A stretch of DNA of 64,000 bases from assembly GCA_958372075.1 (NCBI GenBank), contig CATXMO010000001.1:68797-132796 (forward strand), given 5' to 3'. The position numbers were made by a program, and so were the translations under genes. Origin of the DNA: an uncultured Collinsella sp. GTDB taxonomy: Bacteria > Actinomycetota > Coriobacteriia > Coriobacteriales > Coriobacteriaceae. Below the pieces are notes generated by a model that saw nothing but the letters and a program-made list of their open reading frames with translations, did no database searches and was not told where the DNA came from. Shown in pieces: positions 9,170 to 19,307 of the stretch (its first letter is position 1; each line of letters opens with the position of its first letter).

Positions 9170-9320
9170 GTGCGAACAAATTGGCATGAAAAGAGGACGG
9201 TATAGACCTTCTGGTCATGCCGTCCTCTTTGAATGACAAGTTGTCGCTCTGGTGCCCGCGCAGCGTCGGGCAGTTACGGCGTTTGGTAAAACGCCGTAAC
9301 GAACTACCGCGTAACTCCCC
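9170..9320 (-). other. Structured 3'-flank element of the lipoprotein gene
   Basis: On the minus strand the lipoprotein stop codon is followed by the stem-loop GTTACGGCGTTT-GGTA-AAACGCCGTAAC (9273-9300), the stem AAGAGGACGG...CCGTCCTCTT (9186-9224) and then TTTTCATG. The same architecture occurs 3' of pyrE. Confidence 0.5.
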
Positions 9321-9877
9321 TAGCTCATCATCGCATTCATCATCTCGGTGGTTGCGGAATCGTCAGCAGACCACTCGCCATCGTCATTGGCGGTGTACTT
9401 GAAGGTAACCTTGGTGTCCTTGGTCTTAGCGGCCTTGGTCACGTCGACCATGACCTGGCCGGCCATCTTGTACAGGTCGTCCTCGGAAGGCATCGTATCG
9501 AGCGCCGCGATCTTCTCCTGATACTGGGTGGCGAAATCTTCAACGATCTTGTTCATGGACTTGCAGGTAATGGTGACATCGGCAGTCGCGGTGCCCTTGT
9601 CCTCGTCGACCGTCACATCGCCGATCTTGTAGTCAAAACCCTCGAGATAGCTCTTGGCGTACTCCTTGGGATCGATGCCCAGCTGCTCGAACTCGTCGCC
9701 CGAGGCCTCTTCCAGGCCGGCGAGGAAGTCGTCGCCGCCGTTCTTGACCTCGTCAAACTGCGTCGTAAGATCCTCGGTGATGAGCTCCTCAACCGAAGGA
9801 CCTCCGCAGCCGGAAAGCACAACCACGCACGCGACCAGAACAGCCATCAGGGGCGCAAGCAGCAGCTTCTTCTTCAT
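9320..9877 (-). CDS. Lipoprotein (signal peptide plus LSGC lipobox), function unknown
   Basis: MKKKLLLAPLMAVLVACVVVLSGCGG N-terminus. Start taken at the internal MKKK. Confidence 0.6.
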   Translation of the reverse strand: MKKKLLLAPLMAVLVACVVVLSGCGGPSVEELITEDLTTQFDEVKNGGDDFLAGLEEASGDEFEQLGIDPKEYAKSYLEGFDYKIGDVTVDEDKGTATADVTITCKSMNKIVEDFATQYQEKIAALDTMPSEDDLYKMAGQVMVDVTKAAKTKDTKVTFKYTANDDGEWSADDSATTEMMNAMMS

Positions 9878-10054
9878 GACATTCCTCCCAACAAGCGGCA
9901 CCGCGCTTCCCGACGCGGTGCGCGTCGTAACAATAAGGCCATACTAGCCGATAACGAACACCCCCGGCAAAGCAAAGGCGCAGTCGGCTCGATTTAACGT
10001 CCGAACGGTTTACCGGTCCGCCCAACGCGCAATAAAACGTTCCGCCGCATTGCA

Positions 10055-10092
10055 ATAAAAAAGGGCGGCCGGATAACCCGACCACCCCAAAA
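10055..10092 (-). terminator. Candidate intrinsic terminator of crr
   Basis: Read on the minus strand: GGTGGTCGG-GTTAT-CCGGCCGCC followed by CTTTTTTATT. Confidence 0.45.
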
Positions 10093-10112
10093 CACCCTTA
10101 TGTTGCCGCAGA

Positions 10113-10649
10113 CTACTTGCGGACGACCTTGACGATGGCATCGCCAGCGGAGACAGCGGAGTCAGCCTCGACGGCGAGCTCGACGTCGGCGAACTCGGCG
10201 GTGTTGGACACAGCCACGACGACGCAGTCCTTGTAGCCGGCAGCGGCGATCTTGGCGCGGTCGATCTTGAGCATGGGCTGGCCAGCCTTAACGACATCGT
10301 CGGCCTTGACGAAGCCCTCGAAGCCGTCGCCGTTCATGTTGACGGTATCGACGCCAACGTGCACCAGAACCTCGATGCCGCTATCGGACTGCAGGCCCAC
10401 GGCGTGACCCATGGTGACGGTCACCTTGCCGTCGCAGGGAGCGTAGACCAGATCGTCCTCGGGCCACACGGCGCAGCCCTTGCCCAGGACCTCGCCGCCA
10501 AAGACGGGATCGGGCACATCGGCCATCTTGATGACCTTGCCCTTGACGGGCGAGCACAGCACGTCGGCGCCGGCAGAAGCAGAGATGGAGGACGGAGCAG
10601 CGGCAGTCGCGGGCTCAGCCTTCTTCTTGAACATGTCAAACAGACCCAT
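10113..10649 (-). CDS. crr: PTS glucose-family EIIA component (Crr-like)
   Basis: EIIA-Glc family signatures (VFGGEVLGKGCAV, GIEVLVHVGVDTV, DGFEGFV). Start at MGLFDMFKK after an AGGAGAAAACGT RBS. The longer track ORF is over-extended. Confidence 0.85.
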   Translation of the reverse strand: MGLFDMFKKKAEPATAAAPSSISASAGADVLCSPVKGKVIKMADVPDPVFGGEVLGKGCAVWPEDDLVYAPCDGKVTVTMGHAVGLQSDSGIEVLVHVGVDTVNMNGDGFEGFVKADDVVKAGQPMLKIDRAKIAAAGYKDCVVVAVSNTAEFADVELAVEADSAVSAGDAIVKVVRK

Positions 10650-10789
10650 ACGTTTTCTCCTCTTGATTAAGCGCAACGTTGTGCGCATGCCTATGGTGAT
10701 TATAGTGCCAAATGGTTCAAATGCTAAGGTGGGGACTCGAATCGCGAGCCCATCCCAACGCTTTTCCCCGGTGGCACTCATATTGTCGA

Positions 10790-13398
<2,609 letters not shown>

Positions 13399-13512
13399 GG
13401 CTTGCCAATCGTTGATTTGGTCATAGTTCGTCGTGATTCAGATATTAGCAGAACGCGCCGACGCGTCCATAATCTGTGCTATGCAGCAGATCGATCGAGC
13501 CAAGGAGGATCC

Positions 13513-16104
13513 ATGACCGCGTACTATCAGCAGGTGCTCGAGGGCACATACGACAACCACGTGCTTCCGTTTTTGTGGATGAAGGGCGAGAGCCATAAGA
13601 CCATTGCCGAGTATCTGGAAAAGATCGCCGGCGCCGACATCCACGAGGTCTGTCTCGAAAGCCGCCCACACCCCGATTTTTGCGGCGAGGGCTGGTGGCG
13701 CGACTTGCGCTTTGTCATTGACGAGTGCAGGCAGCTGGGCCTTAAGCTCTGGATCTTGGACGACGCGCACTTCCCCACGGGCTTTGCCAACGGCGCCGTC
13801 AAGGAGGCCGTGCCCGAGCTCCGCAAGATCGTGCTCACGCACCGCACGTTCGACATCGTGGGCCCCACGTCCGCCGCGAGCATCGCGCTCGCCAACATGC
13901 TCGACAAAACGGAGCGCTTCTACGGCGTGACATTTATGCAGGACGGCAGCCCCGTCGACGTCGCTTACCGAGTAATCGACGATGCAGACGGCAACCCCAG
14001 CCGCCTGGTCTTCGATGCACCTGCGGGCCTCACGCAGGCATGCGTGATGTTCACGAGCGGCAAGACCTCCTACAACGAGGACTACATCAATATGGTCGAC
14101 CGCGCCTCGGTGGCGCAGCTCATCGATGCTGTCTACGAGCCGCATTTTGAGCATCTGGGCGATGAGTTTGGCAAGACCATCTTGGGCTTTTTCTCCGATG
14201 AGCCCGGATTTGCCAACGAGAAGGGCACCACGGGCCCCGATGGCATCTCGGACACGCTCATCGGCAAGGCCACCGCGCCCCTACCCTGGTCGGCCGAGCT
14301 TGAGCGTCGCCTGCGCGCGGCACTGGGCGAGCGCTACCTGGCCGAGCTCCCGCACCTGTGGGACCGCGAGCCGGCCGGCGCGCACGTACGCCACGTCTAT
14401 ATGGACATCGCGAGCACCCTCTATAAGGAGTGCTTCTGCGACCAGCTCGGAGACTGGTGCCGCGCGCGCGGCGTGCAGTACATCGGCCACGTTATCGAGG
14501 ACAAGGACTGCCACGCGCGCCTGGGCGTGGGCGCCGGGCACTACTTCCGCGCCGTGGGCGGTCAGGACATGGCGGGCGTCGACATCGTGATCAACCAGCT
14601 GGTACCCGGCATGGACCGCGGCCTTCACAGCTACGGACGCGGCGTGTGGGACCTCGAGTTCTATAACTACGTGCTGCCCAAGCTGGGCTCCTCGGCAGCA
14701 CACCTCGACCCCAAAAAGCAGGGGCGCTGCATGGCCGAGGTCTTTGGCGCATTTGGATGGCACGAAGGCCTACGCGAGATGAAGTGGATCGCCGATCATT
14801 TTTTGGTGCGCGGCGTCAATTGGTTTGTGCCGCATGCCTTTAGCATGGCCGCCTTCCCCGACTGGGACTGCCCGCCGCATTTCTATGCGCATGGCCAAAA
14901 CCCCCAGTTTGCACACTTTGGGCAGCTCATGAGCTACATGAACCGTACGGCGAGCCTGCTGAGCGGCGGGCGCGCAACGACCCCGGTGGCGCTTCTCTAC
15001 CATGCGGACGCCGAGTGGACAGGCGAGGCGAACTTTATGCAGCATGCCGCCTCCGAGCTTATGCGCGCGCAGGTCGACTTTGACATCGTGCCGGCAGAGG
15101 CATTTGAGGACGCAGGGCGCTATGCCGTTGAAATTGCCGCAGACGGTAGCGACTTTGGCGTGAACGGCCAGGCATACCGCTGCCTGGTGATGCCCGGAGC
15201 CGAGTTTGTCGGCGGAGCCGTGCTCGACTTTGCCGCGCGCGCCGCAGCCGCAGGTGTTGCCGTGTACGCGCTGGATGAGTTGCCGAGCAAGCGCTACGAC
15301 GGTGATATTGCAGCCCGTGAGGGCTTTGCCTCCGTGGATGCAGCCGCGGTCGCCGGCATCAAGCTCCTGGCAACCGCCGAGCTCGCAGGCACGCTTGCCG
15401 ACGCCGGTATGCAGACCGTGGTTTGTGCCGAGTCCCAGCCCTGGCTGCGCGCACTGCGCTACGAGCGGGCGGGCGAGACCTATCTGATGCTCGTCAACGA
15501 GCATCCCAAGCAGGGTATCTCCACTCAGATTGCGCTTGCCGACGGCATACCCGTTGCAGGCGCGCGCCTCGACCTGCTCAACGGCACCGATCCCGCCGCC
15601 TTTGACGGCACGCTCGAGCTGGCTCCCTACGAGAGCTGCATCGTGGTCCTTGGGGCTACAGGTTCCGCCGGCGCGGCAACTGCTGGAGACGAAGCCACAT
15701 GCGTCGACGGGCCCTGGGCGGTTGCCTTCTCTGCCCCTGGTACCGATGCCTTTGGCGAGTCTGTTGAGCTTGCAGACCTGCACGACCTTTCCTCGGCCGA
15801 GTTCCCCGGCAAGGCCGGCACATTCCGCTACCGGGCCTCCTTTGTCCTGGGCGAAGCGGCCACCCGCACCGTCATCGACCTTGGCGAGGTCTTTGAGACC
15901 GCAACCGTCACCCTCGACGGCAAATCCCTCGGCACCCGCATCTGTCCGCCTTACCGCTTTGAGGCCGCCGCACTTTTAGCCGGTGAGCACGCGCTCACGA
16001 TTGACATCATCAACACCCTCGACCACGCCGTCCCCGACGTGTTCGGCATGACCGAGCCCTCCGAGCCCAGCGGCCTACTCGGTCCCGTCCGCGTGCTCGG
16101 GTAG
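13513..16104 (+). CDS. Large putative glycoside hydrolase (~864 aa), family not assigned
   Basis: The start at ATG 13513 is preceded by AAGGAGGA. The track ORF from 13054 overlaps the AraC gene and is not used. The layout (TIM-barrel-like N-terminal region and a beta-sandwich-like C-terminal region) resembles multidomain glycosidases. Divergent from the AraC regulator. Confidence 0.45.
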   Translation: MTAYYQQVLEGTYDNHVLPFLWMKGESHKTIAEYLEKIAGADIHEVCLESRPHPDFCGEGWWRDLRFVIDECRQLGLKLWILDDAHFPTGFANGAVKEAVPELRKIVLTHRTFDIVGPTSAASIALANMLDKTERFYGVTFMQDGSPVDVAYRVIDDADGNPSRLVFDAPAGLTQACVMFTSGKTSYNEDYINMVDRASVAQLIDAVYEPHFEHLGDEFGKTILGFFSDEPGFANEKGTTGPDGISDTLIGKATAPLPWSAELERRLRAALGERYLAELPHLWDREPAGAHVRHVYMDIASTLYKECFCDQLGDWCRARGVQYIGHVIEDKDCHARLGVGAGHYFRAVGGQDMAGVDIVINQLVPGMDRGLHSYGRGVWDLEFYNYVLPKLGSSAAHLDPKKQGRCMAEVFGAFGWHEGLREMKWIADHFLVRGVNWFVPHAFSMAAFPDWDCPPHFYAHGQNPQFAHFGQLMSYMNRTASLLSGGRATTPVALLYHADAEWTGEANFMQHAASELMRAQVDFDIVPAEAFEDAGRYAVEIAADGSDFGVNGQAYRCLVMPGAEFVGGAVLDFAARAAAAGVAVYALDELPSKRYDGDIAAREGFASVDAAAVAGIKLLATAELAGTLADAGMQTVVCAESQPWLRALRYERAGETYLMLVNEHPKQGISTQIALADGIPVAGARLDLLNGTDPAAFDGTLELAPYESCIVVLGATGSAGAATAGDEATCVDGPWAVAFSAPGTDAFGESVELADLHDLSSAEFPGKAGTFRYRASFVLGEAATRTVIDLGEVFETATVTLDGKSLGTRICPPYRFEAAALLAGEHALTIDIINTLDHAVPDVFGMTEPSEPSGLLGPVRVLG

Positions 16105-16188
16105 CGACCCCGCGCAACAGCCCCTTACGAGACGCCCGGCTTAGCCGGGCGTTTTATTTACCGTTATGATTGATACATCGCGATACGA

Positions 16189-17058
16189 ATGCATGGGAGC
16201 CATATGGATATCAAGCGCAAAATCACCCAGGGCAAGGGGCTCACCCCCACCGAGCAGCAGCTCGGGCAGACGGTTCTCGCCATGGGTGAGAACGTTCGCG
16301 GGCTCTCCATCAAGGAATTTGCGCACCAGACCAATGTCTCCGTCGCGAGCATCCACCGCTTTTGCAAAAAGCTCGGCCTTGAGGGCTTTAAGGAGCTCAA
16401 GGTCGAGCTGGTACGCGCAGCCTTGCGCGCAGACTCCGCCGCCGAGGTGGATATCAACTTTCCCTTCGATGCAACCTCCACCCCTGCGCAGGTGATGGAG
16501 CGCATGGAGGGGCTCTACCAGACCACGCTGGCCGAAACGCAGGAGCTGCTCGACTCTGCACAGCTCGACCACGCCGCCAAGCTCATCATGCGCGCCGGCA
16601 CCGTGGACATCTACACGGGCTCGCATAACCTGTATCCAGCGGGAATGTTCCGCGATCGCCTGCTCTCGTCCGGCAAAAGCGCGACGTGCCACGACAGTGT
16701 CGAGGCGCAGGTGCGTACGGCGCTCGCCTCGGGCCCCGACCATGTGGCAATCGTTATCTCCTACAGCGGCCTTGCCCCCAACCTCAGGGAGATCTTGCCA
16801 ATCCTCAGCAGTCGACATGTCCCGGTCATCGTCATCGGCACGCCGTACTGTGCCCGCATTCACCCCGGCTTTGCCGCCTATCTCACGGTAAGCGACCACG
16901 AGAGCATGACGCACCGCATCACGCAGTTCGCCAGCCATATCGCCGTGCAATACGTACTCGATTCGCTCTATAGCAGCTACTTTGCCAAAGATTACGCCCG
17001 CTGCTCCGAGTTCCTAGAGCGCTCGTTCCCCTACACCCGCCTGCCCGGACTCAAGTAG
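16189..17058 (+). CDS. RpiR/MurR-family transcriptional regulator (HTH_6 plus SIS domain)
   Basis: N-terminal HTH (GLSIKEFAHQTNVSVASIHRFCKKLGLEGFKELK) and a C-terminal SIS-like sugar-phosphate-binding domain. Confidence 0.85.
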   Translation: MHGSHMDIKRKITQGKGLTPTEQQLGQTVLAMGENVRGLSIKEFAHQTNVSVASIHRFCKKLGLEGFKELKVELVRAALRADSAAEVDINFPFDATSTPAQVMERMEGLYQTTLAETQELLDSAQLDHAAKLIMRAGTVDIYTGSHNLYPAGMFRDRLLSSGKSATCHDSVEAQVRTALASGPDHVAIVISYSGLAPNLREILPILSSRHVPVIVIGTPYCARIHPGFAAYLTVSDHESMTHRITQFASHIAVQYVLDSLYSSYFAKDYARCSEFLERSFPYTRLPGLK

Positions 17059-17059
17059 C

Positions 17060-17165
17060 GACGAGCGTGGATTTTTGGACACTCAGATAACGAGCGTGGA
17101 TAATCTCCCACTTTGAGCCCGCACACAGGCCAAAACCGGGAGATTATCCACGCTCATTTTGGGTC
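17060..17165. repeat. B-element copy 1 (~105-nt conserved hairpin repeat)
   Basis: The unit ACGAGCGTGGAT is duplicated, followed by the 18-bp stem GAGCGTGGATAATCTCCC / GGGAGATTATCCACGCTC around a 28-nt loop. Near-identical copies at 34363-34468 and 43288-43395. Confidence 0.8.
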
Positions 17166-17200
17166 CCCTGGGAACGCATGAGGAGGGCGGAAGACAGCCG

Positions 17201-17878
17201 TTATTTGCGAGGCGTCAGCGACGTAAAGAGTCCGTGTTGGTTGCAGTAAAGATATATCCTGCCGCGCCCGGTAATATGGAAGCGCGGCTGCACCGATTGC
17301 TCTGGATAGAGCTTCTTAAAGCAGATGCCGTCCATAGTCGCATATGCCACAAAGCTAATGTAGTGATCCTTGGTCATGGGATGATCGAGCGTGACGTACC
17401 AATCGTCCTCGATGCGCTCGATGGAAAAGGCGTGGTCCGCGTCCGGCTCTTCGGCCTCCTGGGGAAACATCGTGGAGCCACAGCAGCTAAAGCTGCCTTC
17501 TCCGAGCGCGTGCACAACGTTTCCGCAGATAGGGCAAACGTAAAAGACGCCTTTGAGCATATTGCCTGCACGGTTGGCGTTGGCCCGAATGTCACCAGCC
17601 AAAAGCTCGGCCACGCTTATGCCGAGTCTCTGGGCCAAAGGCTCAACGAGGGAAATGTCGGGAAGGCCGCGGCCGGATTCCCACTTGCTGACGGCTTTAT
17701 CGGTCACGCCAAGGCTTTCCGCCAGGGCGCGCTGGGTGAGGCCGCGCTCTTCGCGCAGCTGCTTGATGGCATGCGCTGCCAAAAAAGTATGGGAGGCATT
17801 GGTTTGCCGTGTCTGGTTCATGGGCTGTCCAATCAAATTGAAGAAATGGAGTGAACCGGTTCGACAGTCAGTATCCAT
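17201..17878 (-). CDS. HTH-XRE DNA-binding domain fused to a complete desulfoferrodoxin (2Fe superoxide reductase) domain
   Basis: The N-terminal segment LTQRALAESLGVTDKAVSKWESGRGLPDISLVEPLAQRLGISVAELL is a Cro/C1-type HTH. The C-terminus aligns motif-by-motif with Dfx. Center I: CPICGN...CC. Center II: DHA, DHPMTKDHYI and YCNQHG supply the His/His/His/Cys/His ligands. The start is either 17878 or the internal ATG at 17821. Confidence 0.75.
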   Translation of the reverse strand: MDTDCRTGSLHFFNLIGQPMNQTRQTNASHTFLAAHAIKQLREERGLTQRALAESLGVTDKAVSKWESGRGLPDISLVEPLAQRLGISVAELLAGDIRANANRAGNMLKGVFYVCPICGNVVHALGEGSFSCCGSTMFPQEAEEPDADHAFSIERIEDDWYVTLDHPMTKDHYISFVAYATMDGICFKKLYPEQSVQPRFHITGRGRIYLYCNQHGLFTSLTPRK

Positions 17879-17926
17879 TTGAAGGCCAGGCTCGACAACC
17901 TACGCTGCGTAGACATGCGCCAATCG

Positions 17927-18030
17927 AACGAGCGCGGATTTTTGGACGCTCATCCTGAGTAGTCATTTAAGAACGCCCCAATGACTACTCATTTATGTCT
18001 GTCCCCAATGACTACCAAGGCAACGCCGAT
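17927..18030. repeat. Truncated B-element 5' half plus A-unit repeats
   Basis: CGAGCGCGGATTTTTGGACGCTCA is followed by TCATTTAAGAACGCCCCAATGACTACTCATTTATGTCTGTCCCCAATGACTACCAAGGCAACGCCG. Confidence 0.7.
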
Positions 18031-18039
18031 GTTTTGGCA

Positions 18040-18191
18040 ACGACAGCGAAAACCCGCCAGAGCGAGCAAGGTGCCTTGAAACGAGGCGGCATTGATCTTT
18101 CGATCATGCCGCCGAAGTTGAAAGGCAGATTGCCGCTCTGGCGGGTTTGCAGCGTCGAGCCGTTACGCGGGTTGGTAAACCCGCGTAACTA
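18040..18191 (-). other. Structured 3'-flank element of pyrE (second copy of the 9170-9320 architecture)
   Basis: The stem-loop GTTACGCGGGTT-GGTA-AACCCGCGTAAC (18162-18189) abuts the pyrE stop. A second hairpin GGCGGCATTGATC-TTTC-GATCATGCCGCC lies upstream at ~18086-18114. Base changes relative to copy 1 are compensatory. Confidence 0.5.
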
Positions 18192-18875
18192 CTCCCGAGC
18201 TCCGTACTGCTCGTAGTAGGCGTCGATAGCGGTCTTGAGCTCGTCGTCGATGACGACTTTGCCGTCGATCTCGTGGTTGTAGAGGGTCTCGACGACCTCG
18301 GCCATGGAGACGATGCTCGCGACGGGGAAACCGTACTTGGCCTCGATCTCCTTCTGCGCGGTGGTCACGCCACCCTTGCCGACCTCCATGCGGTTGAGGG
18401 ACACGATGAGGCCCTTGATCTCGACATCGGCAGCAGCCTTGACCTTGGGATAGGTCTCGTCGATGGACTTACCGCTGGTAGTGACGTCCTCGACCATGAC
18501 CACGCGGTCGCCGTCCTGGGGCTCGTAGCCCAGCAGGTTGCCCTTGTCGGCGCCGTGGTCCTTGGCCTCCTTGCGATCGCAGCAGTACTTGACCTCCTTG
18601 CCGTACAGCTCGTGGTAGGCAATTGCGGTCACGACGGCCAGCGGAATACCCTTGTAGGCCGGTCCAAACAGCACGTCAAAGTCGTCGCCAAAGTTATCGT
18701 GGATGGCCTGGGCGTAATACTCGCCCAGCTTCTTGAGCTGGTAGCCCGTCACATAGGCGCCGGCGTTCATAAAGAACGGGGACTGACGGCCGCTCTTGAG
18801 CGTAAAGCTGCCGAATTTAAGAACGTCGGACTCAACCATGAACTTGATGAACTCTTGCTTGTAAGCCTCCATGCG
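18189..18875 (-). CDS. pyrE: Orotate phosphoribosyltransferase
   Basis: PRPP-binding loop VVMVEDVTTSG. Start at MEAYKQEF after a GAGGAG RBS. The longer track ORF is over-extended. Confidence 0.88.
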   Translation of the reverse strand, partial: RMEAYKQEFIKFMVESDVLKFGSFTLKSGRQSPFFMNAGAYVTGYQLKKLGEYYAQAIHDNFGDDFDVLFGPAYKGIPLAVVTAIAYHELYGKEVKYCCDRKEAKDHGADKGNLLGYEPQDGDRVVMVEDVTTSGKSIDETYPKVKAAADVEIKGLIVSLNRMEVGKGGVTTAQKEIEAKYGFPVASIVSMAEVVETLYNHEIDGKVVIDDELKTAIDAYYEQYGARE

Positions 18876-19190
18876 GGCTCCTCTCGTAATCGCGTACGTG
18901 CCTTCCAGTTTAGCGCAGGCAGGGCGCGTTGCGGGCGCGCTTTGGGGCCTCGGCATTCTGTAAAGGCTTTGTCAGGGGCAATGGTTTTCCAAACATTGGG
19001 GTTGACACGGCAAACCCCCTCATCAAGAATACGGGCGGATTGTAACGGGTACGAGATACCCAAAGCGCGCCGCGCCCGGCCTTAAGGAGGTGTGCCATGG
19101 AAGGCAGTCATAGTCGAAAAACCTGCATGTCGCCCTCGGCACGCCGCGAGGATTCCGCGCACGCATAAGCGCCAACAGCCGATCGTCAAA

Positions 19191-19224
19191 ACCACCACAA
19201 AGGTGCCTGTCCCTTTGTGGTGGT
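19191..19224. repeat. CCACCACAAAGG hairpin, copy 1 (13-bp stem)
   Basis: ACCACCACAAAGG-TGCCTGTC-CCTTTGTGGTGGT. The same hairpin occurs at 25829-25864 and 45094-45127, with a remnant at ~22125. Confidence 0.7.
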
Positions 19225-19307
19225 TCGAAAGCATGACGTGAGCGACATCTAGGTTTTTTGAAGCACATACGACACGTACGCTAACTCCCTTCAACAAGGA
19301 GGACCCT

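Noticed and set aside
17995-18216. 73-aa plus-strand ORF starting inside the repeat region (with similar ORFs at 8899-9189 and 61486-61698)
   Set aside because: These ORFs are generated by the A-unit and companion repeat modules, which happen to be open in several frames. They lack RBSs and have no coherent protein-like composition.
19085-19307. M-box (ykoK) Mg2+ riboswitch upstream of mgtA
   Set aside because: I could not find the conserved M-box core strings by eye. It is retained only as an uncharacterised leader in the findings; Rfam cmscan should decide.
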